A stretch of 64,000 bases of DNA from Nemertoderma westbladi (lineage: Eukaryota > Animalia > Xenacoelomorpha), in the NCBI GenBank assembly GCA_032718475.1, contig JAUCBJ010005988.1:1-64000 (forward strand). The letters are read 5' to 3'. Position 1 is the first letter of the stretch; each line of letters begins with the position of its first letter. A program made the position numbers and the translations under genes. The notes below the pieces were generated by a model. The model made no database searches and had not been told where the DNA came from. It saw only the letters and a program-made list of their open reading frames with translations. This document shows positions 54,430-64,000 of the stretch, piece after piece.

Positions 54430-56229
54430 GAGACCAGGGCCTCCAGCTCGCTTACCTGTACCAAAGGACAGACCAGGGCATCCAGCTCGCTTACCTGTAC
54501 CAAAGGACAGACTAGGGCATCCAGCTCGCTTACCTGTACCAAAGGACAGACTAGGGCATCCAGCTCGCTTACCTGTATCAAAGGACAGACTAGGGCATCC
54601 AGCTCGCTTACCTGTACCAAAGGACAGACTAGGGCATCCAGCTCCAGCTCCCTTATCTGTACCAAAGGACAGACCGTGGCCTCCAGCTCGCTTACCTGTA
54701 CCAAAGAACAGACCAGGGCCTCCAGCTCGCTTACATGTACCAAAGGACAGACCAGGGTCTCCAGCTCGCTCACCTGTACCAAAGGACAGGGACAGACCAG
54801 GGCATCCAGCTCCTTTACCTGTACCAAAGGACAGACCAGGGCATCCAGCTCGCTTACCTGTACCAAAGGACAGACCGGGGCCTCCGGTCGCTTACCTGTA
54901 CCAAAGGAGAGACCGTGGCCTCCAGCTCGCTTACCTGTACCAAAGGACAGACCAGGGAATCCAGCTCGCTTACCTGTACCAAAGGACAGACCAGGGTCTC
55001 CAGCTCGCTTACCTGTACCAAAGGAGAAAGGACAGACCAGGGTCTCCAGCTCGCTTACCTGTACCAAAGGAGAAAGGACAGACTAGGGCCTCCAGCTCGC
55101 TGACTTGTACTAAAGGACAGACCAGGGTCTCCAGCTCACTTACCTGTACCAAAGGACAGACTGGGGCCTCCAGCTCGCTTACATGTACCAAAGGACAGAC
55201 CAGGGTCTCCAGCTCCCTTACCTGTACCAAAGGACAGACCAGGGCATCCAGCTCGCTTACCTGTACAAAAGGACAGACCGTGGCCTCCAGCTCGCTTACC
55301 TGTACCAAAGGACGGACCGGGGCCTCCAGCTCGCTTACCTGTACCAAAGGACAGACCGGGGCCTCCAGCTCGCTTACTTGTACCAAAGGAGAAAGGGCAG
55401 ACCAGGGTCTCCAGCTCGCTTACCTGTACCAAAGGACAGACCAGGGCCTCCAGCTCGCTTACCTGTACCAAAGGACGGACCGGGGCCTCCAGCTCGCTTA
55501 CCTGTACCAAAGGACAGACCGGGGCCTCCAGCTCGCTTACTTGTACCAAAGGACAGACTAGGGCATCCAGCTCGCTTACCTGTACCAAAGGACAGACCGG
55601 GGCCTCCACCTCGCTTACTTGTACCAAAGGACAGACCAGGGCATCCAGCTCGCTTACTTGTACCAAAGGACAGACCAGGGTCTCCAGCTCGCTTACCTGT
55701 ACCAAAGGAGAAAGGACAGACCAGGGTCTCCAGCTCGCTTACCTGTACCAAAGGAGAAAGGACAGACCAGGGTCTCCAGCTCGCTGACCTGTACCAAAGG
55801 ACAGACCAGGGTCTCCAGCTCGCTTACCTGTACCAAAGGACAGACCAGGGCCTCCAGCTCCCTTACCTGTACCAAAGGACAGACCGGGGCCTCCAGCTCG
55901 CTTACTTGTACCAAAGGGCAGACCAGGGCATCCAGCTCGCTTATCTGTACCAAAGGACAGACCGGGGCCTCCAGTTCGCTTACTTGTACCAAAGGACAGA
56001 CCAGGGCATCCAGCTCGCTTACTTGTACCAAAGGACAGACCAGGGTCTCCAGCTCGCTTACCTGTACCAAAGGAGAAAGGACAGACCAGGGTCTACAGCT
56101 CGCTTACCTGTACCAAAGGAGAAAGGACAGACTAGGGCCTCCAGCTCGCTGACCTGTACCAAAGTAGAAAGGACAGACTAGGGCCTCCAGCTCGCTTACC
56201 TGTACCAAAGGACAGATCAGGGCATCCAG
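54430..56229 (-). repeat. 39-bp (some 46-bp) tandem array made of the NOC2L exon 1 end plus 5' splice site, ~45 copies
   Basis: CTGGAGGCCCTGGTCTGTCCTTTGGTACAG|GTAAGCGAG; the first copy is the real exon end. Confidence 0.95.
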
Positions 56230-57375
56230 ATCACGCCCTGAATTGCCCAACAGCACCCCAAAGAACTGCAAACACCGCAGGAACTGCCAGTTACAGACAG
56301 CCTGGAGGTTCTCCTTGCGAGAGACTGTCATGGCGTTCCGAAGGTGGATAGCCAATTGCCGGATGTAGGTGAAGGAGAAGTGATAGGAGACCTGATTGTC
56401 CAACAGAAAGATCTCCACTAGAGATCGCTGTAAGAAAATGAGACGTTGCAATGAGTTCACCGATACGAATCGGCTCTCCCTCACGAGCCGTAAGTACATC
56501 GACTTGGCCATCGCCTCTGTAAATTTAGTGGAGTTTAATTTCCTGAGCAGTCGGTTGATTGACAGAAAGGAGAGGAGTTGTATGAGAACGTCGTCTGATG
56601 TCGCCCAGACACGGACCAGACGGTTGAGAAGCACTCGAGACAGTCCGGGGAACTCGGAGCTGTATGACGTCATCGCTAACAGATGACGTAACACCGGTAC
56701 CGATACCGACTGGGTTAGTAACGTTAGAACGTCGGTTAGATAGCTCCTAACTCTAACCCGAAGGCGACTCCATTGAGGGCCTTTCTTGGAGGTTGGACTC
56801 AATGAACCTATGACGTCACGCATACGGGACAAACAGAGGAGCACAATACGGTTGTGCACCTCGCTGCTCTCTATTCGCCAAGATGATTTATTATCTTCCG
56901 TTGATTCCGACTGCCTTACTGCAGCGCGAAACGCACCGCGTAACTTAAGGAAGAGATCCAGCGACGGATTCTCGCATTCCCATTGCTTTATCAACACCAT
57001 AGTTACCGTTTGCTTCCTCCCTATCGGCTCCTCTGGTTCTTTGTCTCCATCATATCCACCCTTCTCCCCATCCGATTCGCTTTCATCTTCATTCTCCTCC
57101 ACGGAGGAGTCACCCGAGTCTTCCGAGCCGCTAAACTGTAACAACTCGCCGTCGTTCTCCTTTAGATATTCGTAGAACTCCGGATCCCGTTCCTTCAACG
57201 ACTCTAGTTGGTCTCGATGTTTCTTCCTCTTCGGAACTATTTCGTCTGTTACATCGTCAACGTCTTCCGCATTATCGATCTCCATAGCAACGGGGACATC
57301 TTCGGCAAATGAAGCAAAAAGATTGTCAACAGATACATCGGCTAGTTTTCTATTGGTTACATTCGCCGTAGCCAT
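56200..57375 (-). CDS. NOC2L: Nucleolar complex protein 2 homolog, exon 1 (392 codons)
   Basis: Family motifs KHRDQLESLKERDPEFYEYLKEND.ELLQF, an acidic tract, and SYHFSFTYIRQLAIHLRNAM..KENLQAVCNWQF. Ends ..LDALICPLVQ at donor CAG|GTAAGC. Confidence 0.93.
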
Positions 57376-58132
57376 GATTTAATTAAAGCTTATTTACCGC
57401 TATACGGTACTTTCAAGTTGAAGTTCAAACAAAATGTTTTTAGTAGGCCTACTTTATTACAGTACGGTACAGCAATACTGCAGTACAGCAGTCTGGCAGT
57501 AGTAATAAGCCTACTACTGTACTCAGTACAGCAGTACACCTAATATCAGAATATCCTATTCTCAGAAAGAATGAATCTATTCTCTCAGTCTCTGAATGCT
57601 GTAGATAATCCACTAGAGGGAGATATAAATATATCCCGCCTTACTCAGTTACTGGCACCCGCAGACGCGTAGCGGCCCAAATAATATGTAACGGCTATCA
57701 TCATAAGCTGTGTGATCGGCAGAAATGGTGGAGGCCCACGGAATCATGTGTCTGTTGGGTCTGTGACCGCCCGGCAACAACCAAGGAACACTATAAATCC
57801 TGCACCAAAATCACACAATGCAACTCGGTCCTCCACTATGCCCTATTTTTAAATAGTTTTTATCGTGATACTCATTTAGTAATTATAATAATTCATTTAT
57901 TTTATTTATAGACCGCTTCAATTACGAAATTAAAATTATTATTATTCTCAGATTCTATTACTAGCCTAGTGCTGTGTAGTGGCCAGGTGGCAGATTAGTG
58001 CAGAGTGCAGTAGTAGTGTTACTGTGTTAAGTACTGTGTACTGTACCTGATGTATGCATTGCAGAAAGGTCCTACGTCACCTGGAAGCAGCAATGTTCTC
58101 CAATGTAGTGATCCATATGAATTTCCCGCTTA

Positions 58133-58679
58133 CACCATGACCCATTAAGTTGTTACCATGAAGCCGGAATTTTGATTTTCCATTTAAAGTTTTTATACGC
58201 GTTTTAAAAAAGTGTCTTGCGAAATCTTACCCTCCGTACATTGGGCATTCTTAACATAACATTAGTCGTAATTTTTCATATCTTTAGAAAGCTTGCGTTG
58301 CAAGGATTCCAAATATGTAACAATATCTGAATTTCATTGAGAAACAGCTAAGGCTGAGATATAGGCGTTCTAAGATTGCAAGAATTATCGTTCGATGTAC
58401 GTCATTTATTATATATATTTAATAAATACACAACATTCTAGAAATTATTATTTTATCTCATAAGCTCCAGTATCTACCGAGGGTGCAATTTCGAAAAAGA
58501 CACTTTTTTAAGACGTTTATCTAAAAATTGAAAGGCAAAAAAACGAAAATTCCGGCTTCATCGGCGTTGAGTTGAAGTAGTTGTGTTTCAAATTTCAAGC
58601 AATATGATAAAGATTTGTAGAAAAATATGGGGGGGGGTCCGTGTCATCAGAAAATAACACAATATTACGGATCATGGTG
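58133..58679. mobile_element. MITE with TIRs, TA flanks and long subterminal inverted repeats
   Basis: TA-CACCATGA...TCATGGTG-TA. ATGAAGCCGGAATTTT (58158-58173) is inverted at 58546-58561; AAAAAAGTGTCTT is also inverted. Confidence 0.7.
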
Positions 58680-58749
58680 TAATATACTAAGCACTAGGCA
58701 GTTATATAGTAGGTATAATACTATTTATCTTATCATTAATTTATCACTA

Positions 58750-61700
58750 AAGATCAGTGCTGTATTGCAGTAAGGTATGTGGTAGGTTCTACTGTTTATG
58801 AGAAAATGTTGGCTCTGGTTAATACGAGCTCTGACACCTCTTCACAAGGCCACTTTAATGCACTTAATCAGGTTTGTAAGAAGTTTCAAATTCCCTTGAG
58901 CCAATCAATGCATTGCAGATGCTTTTGATGGTGCATCCAATATGAGTGCCGAGTACAATGGGCTACAAGCTAAACTGAAAGATGTATCTCCAAACCACAT
59001 CCACACATGGTGCTATTCACATGTGTTGAACCTCGTGATCACCGACAGCTGTTCTTCTCTGGAATGTGTTTCATTCTTTGGGTTGTTGCAAGCAGTCTAT
59101 GTGTTATTCGCTGATAGTTACAAGCGTATGGCAGTTTGGGAGAAAACCTTGGAACAACAGTTGGGAGAAGGATGCATGCAAGCATGCAACGAATAATGTA
59201 GGCTGCAATGAAATTCGTCTGTCCCATTTATCCTCTTTATTTATCCACTCTCATCCAATATTTAATCGTATTTCTATTTATTATTTATTTAGGCCCCCTT
59301 ATTTATTTACTTTCAGTTTCGTAACCCACCAGTAGTAGTTGTGACCATTGTTGCGGCGGTAGAGCCCATTATCCTTTTGTTGCGGCTTTGCCCACTATGC
59401 GTGTTGTGGCTTTAAGCCCATTTTCCCTATAATGTCGCCACCGAACCCTTTCCCCATGACAGTAATTAACCTTTTTCCAGTACGTATATTTAATTATTTT
59501 ATTATTATTATAACGTCATATACTGTATTTTGTTTTAAATTATTCTTATCTTTAAGCATTTAATATCCACGTACATACTGTATTTAGTAATAATCCTATC
59601 AGAACCCTCTCAATTAGCGATTCATGTTGCGCCGACGGCCAAACTCAAATTTCTAAAATGCTAAAATGATATTTATTTATAGTTATTTTTTGTGCATTTT
59701 GGGCTATTCTGTTACCATTTTGATCACTCACCTTTTCCAGGGATTTGAATGAGGGCAGACCTGAAATTTTCGGCACCCTCCCGGTGTCTAGGAAGTTTGT
59801 ACATGGGCAGTTTCACATAGATAAAATGAATTCAATTACCAATTATTCTGCCCTTACCACGCATACAACCATTTTATTGTGCAGTTCTTGGTTTGGTTAT
59901 TCATTCAATCCCGCATATCGTTTCATTCCATCAGAAGGGCCACCTTGACGGGATTGGACTACCTTCAATATCATTTATCATTTCATCAGAAGGGCCGCCT
60001 TAATTGGATTGGATTACCTGCAAACAAACTCATGTATTATTACATTCATTCATTCTTTGTGGGGTTTTTTGAATGACCGATCCAATCACTGTACTTAGAA
60101 TGTAACTCAGCGTAGTATGAGCATTCACTATATCCAATATAGATGCATTGCCCCCGATTTAGCAGTTGACACAGTGAAGCTAACCCCATGTATAGGCTCC
60201 CCAGCCATCCTATTGGCTATAACCGAAATTATTAATTCATCAATATCATTCAGATGCCAGTGTTTGAACTTTGACCGTTAATTATCGAGTAATATATCGG
60301 GAAACCCCCTTTAATGCACAAATTACTACAGTATAAAAAAGCTCAGAATCTTTATTAAGGGATCCTTTTCACTGATAAATTTGGTCGGTTGTTAGGCAGC
60401 GTGTTTCACCGCTCAATCGAGTTCCCCCTTGCCCCTTATTCAAACCTTAATTTATTGTTTTACTTTTACCATTACCGGTTCACCTATTTTTCATTTTCTA
60501 TACTTTACCAAAACAGACGAATTTTTTCCCAACCTTTTGATAATACCCCTATTTAACAGTTTATTAACGCAGTTTTCAAACAATTCTATTTAATTACCGG
60601 TAAATTGTAAATTATATAATAATATTTTATCGAATTATTGAAAATAATGAACTATCGCCCTACAATAATTGATAATAAATAAAACTGAACTTAATCACAC
60701 CCAAGTCATTTTCAACCCTAGTATGCTCGATTGTGCGCGTAATACAAAACACCGCCATACTGCAATATTCCAACCCGCCGCACCAAAATTTTAACGCAGT
60801 CAGCCGCACAGTAGCCTGGCCGCTACAACAATTACCAAATCTTTGAAAAACCCGCTGGCGAACCAAAAACAATGCCACAGTGAAGATTTATGGTACTTGG
60901 GATCACTCTGCTGGTGATCAGAGTAGTACATGCTTAAAGTATCCTGTACTAGTATTATGTTTAGACGAAATTTCAAAATCTGATCATTTTAAAGCCATTC
61001 ACCGATCAGAAGCGAATTCTTTGTGTGAAAACTTAAAATGGCAAGCGATGAACCTTTTAAAGATCCAAAGGATGAGTTCAAAGCAAGGGTCTACAATGTT
61101 GTTATAGATACGGCTATTAATCAAATTGATAACCGCTTTTCCGAACATGGAAAATTGTATCAGAGCTTAGAACTCTTAGATCCATATGGTCCCTACTTAT
61201 GGTCCCTACTCAAACAACCCACGATTGCATACAAACCAATAACTGATGTCGATGAATGTGATGACGATATATGTGTGGAACATCCTGGGAAATGCCTTGG
61301 CGACTGCCTCGTCGGTTGTTTAAAGGTTATGGTCGAATATAATTTTTTCTCCTCGGCATATGAGACTCTCTGCATGGTATACAGAACAGTTCTAACTCTA
61401 CCCATGACCCAGGTAACGTGAGACAAATATATATATACATCATTTGTCTTAATAGAATTCACCAATAATAATAATAAATACAGTATGTAAAATTTACAAA
61501 TAGAATTATAGAAAAATAGAGTTGTTATAAAATATTGAAACTGAAACGAATTACTGAAGCTGAGTTGAGTTGCCTACATAATTACCTGTATTCTTTTTTA
61601 GGTAATTTTATTAATTGTAATAACTAAATTTTATTTTATCAGGTTTGCTGTGAACGAGTCTTCTCTCAGTTAAACTTATTTTAACTCGTCTACGCAGTAC

Positions 61701-61835
61701 GTTGACTCAGGAACATTTGGAGGATTTCTCCTGATGAAATTAAACAGGTGTTGGACTGAGGAAATTGAATCATCGGTTATAATTGAAAAATTTTGCGAAG
61801 GAAGCTCCACACTTAAAGCCTTGCTACAATTATAA
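58750..61835 (+). pseudogene. hAT transposase pseudogene (ZMYM1-like/Tip100 type), split by a ~1.6-kb insert and a 230-bp intron
   Basis: DQCCIAVRYV, AFDGASNMSAEYNGLQAKL, HTWCYSHVLNLV, TRW, ID..I.QIDNRF, and LTLPMTQ|VCCERVFS..LRSTLTQEHL (hAT dimerisation region). Frameshifts and an internal deletion. Intron 61413-61642 (GT..AG). Confidence 0.85.
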
Positions 61836-61871
61836 CTAAATCGAAACTCCGCTTTAAAAAGGGTAAATAAT

Positions 61872-62350
61872 ATTGTAACACGACGTTTACAAAGCTGCAT
61901 ATACTCTTGTAACACGTGGCTTTTTACTAAGCTGCATATAATCTTGTAACCCGTATTGTTTACTAAGCTGCATATAATCTTGTAACCCGTATTGTTTACT
62001 AAGCTGCATATAATCTTTAACAAGAGACGTTTACCTAGCTGCATATAATCTTGTAACCCGTATTGTTTACTACGGTGCATATAATCTTGTAACACGTATT
62101 GTTTACTGAGCTGCATATAATCTTGTAACCCGTATTGTTTACTAAGGTGCATATAATCTTGTAACACGTGTTGTTTACTAAGCTGCATATAATCTTTAAC
62201 AAGAGACGTTTACCTAGCTGCATATAATCTTGTAACCCGTATTGTTTACTACGGTGCATATAATCTTGTAACACGTGTTGTTTACTAAGCTGCATATAAT
62301 CTTTAACACGTGACGTTTACCTAGCTGCATATAATCTTATAACACGTGTT
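61872..62350. repeat. 36-bp minisatellite, ~13 copies
   Basis: TGCATATAATCTTGTAACCCGTATTGTTTACTAAGC. Confidence 0.93.
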
Positions 62351-63413
62351 GAAACAACAAGGGTGGGAATGGTAGTAGAGTCAGCAAACATACGGTAATA
62401 ACTGTATGACATACGAAGTACGGTGTACATACGATAATAAAAACTATTCTGTTCGAGAATAAAAATACGGCTACATTACCTTCAGCAAATATGCATATAT
62501 ATTCCGTTTTAGAACAGACAATAATTATAGTATATAATATTAAAAATTGCTATAATTTATTAATACAGATTTAGCCTGGTGTAAACTATACGACGACAGC
62601 CGTCAACCATTACTCTGAACATAAATGACACCGGAACTTCCCTCCTGACACTCGTCGTTTATTGTGTTGTGTAACCTGCTCCTTTCCCTTAACCTGTTAT
62701 ATTTTATAAGGAATGTCGGTCGATACTTCCAGCGGAAATATGAGATATATTTTGATCCTTAATATTATGGTACCCCCTCTCACCTCCTCACCCATTGTAT
62801 ATTGCTTTTGTTAGATTTCATCAGAAAACAAGTTACTGAAATATGTTTACACGATTATTTATTCCGATTTTACCAGAACAGAAGTTGTGCCAGACTAGAC
62901 TACACTGTAAATGTAAACGATAAAGTATTCATTACAACAATTAAATAATGGCCATAGCATTCGGCCGTCAATTATTGTAAGTAAGTTAAACTGCATATAC
63001 CCAGGTGAGGGTACTAATGTATCACTATGCGAGATTGAGATTAATGATACAGCAAGTGGAACCATTGATCGATAGTAACTCAGATCAAATGAACGAACAT
63101 GATCGATAACAGTCAATAAATATTGCTATAAGTCAGGTTCGTTCTGTTGCTTGACTTTCTTAAATGGCTGTTGCCCCTCAGGCAGTTGAACAGTATCTTT
63201 GATCCATTTTATATAGTCGGTAGACCCTTGATGTATTTCTGTGCTGATCACTTCCGGTACCGCGTAACCATGGTTTCGCTCTACGAATTCAGTCACTTGT
63301 GGAACAATCTCTGTTCGCGTCTAGGGAAACACAAAACATTACATTAAAGAAAGATATGAGTAGTCACTATAGTTACACTTACTGACATAAGTTTTGTATG
63401 GTAAATAAATAAT

Positions 63414-63510
63414 TAGGGATGTGCCGGATTGACAATTTTCAAACCGGCCAGGCCGGACCCGGATTTGTAAAAAAAATACAGCCGGAATTCCGGCTAAAGC
63501 CGGATTTTTA
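63414..63510 (+). mobile_element. Left end of a probable non-autonomous hAT element
   Basis: TAGGGATG terminus (Ac-like TIR start) followed by clustered CCGG(A) subterminal motifs; the other end is not in the window. Confidence 0.45.
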
Positions 63511-64000
63511 TTATATATCACCATAACCATTTACACTATAACCTACGCCGATTTTATATTTGACATAATGGATTGATTTTATATTGTTAAATGTTAAATA
63601 TGAAAAATGAAAATGAAATAAAAAAGTGCAATTGGAAATATAGAACGAAGTACCGTAATAATAGCTGTAGTTTTTTATACTCTCTGAGTTAAATTGGAAT
63701 TACAAAAGTTTCTAAATAGCCTGTCCAATATATATAAACTGGTCATTTACGTGGTTGGCTTTATCTCAATTTATAACAGTACCTAGACCTAAATCAAGTG
63801 ATAAACGCTTGCGCGCTGAGACAATACAATAATTATTGATTATTTATGATTAGTATATATATGAGCGAGCATACGTGTACTATTATAATCATTAATCAGT
63901 GCTATTGAGGTTGAGCCCAACCAAATACAAATATTATCGGCAAAAAGTAGTCAGTCAGCTCAGTCAGGGTTTTTTTTTTCTAAATTATGTTAGTGAAATC

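Noticed and set aside
20861-56181. Long ORFs (up to 899 aa) across the 28-, 19-, 8-, 23-, 54/55-, 40- and 39-bp arrays
   Set aside because: They are open in several frames and on both strands simply because the units lack stop codons; there are no unique domains or splice context.

Overview
AT-rich animal (invertebrate-type) nuclear DNA, not prokaryotic. About 25 kb (~39%, summed from my array boundaries) is tandem repeat, in at least 17 unrelated mini/microsatellite arrays. Two host genes can be reconstructed by hand on the minus strand. (1) The first three coding exons of an aminergic class A GPCR, D1-like/INDR dopamine-receptor-like (20237-20329, 13301-13483, 626-838; it continues left of exon 3, probably off the window). 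(2) A complete two-exon NOC2/NOC2L gene (56200-57375 and 53506-54327; 665 aa). Decayed material includes RTE-type and CR1/L2-type LINE fragments, a ZMYM1/Tip100-type hAT transposase pseudogene with its own intron, several MITE- and Helitron-like elements, a possible LRR relic, and intronless class C GPCR-type Venus-flytrap (VFT) domain remnants nested in GPCR intron 1. Three observations stand out. The single NOC2 intron is ~96% made of about 45 tandem copies of its own exon-end plus 5' splice site. All four complete introns in the window are phase 0 and sit at an identical CAG|GT (Gln|Val) exon context. Several satellites can be traced to local amplification of whatever sequence was present. 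All calls are by eye; no database search was run.
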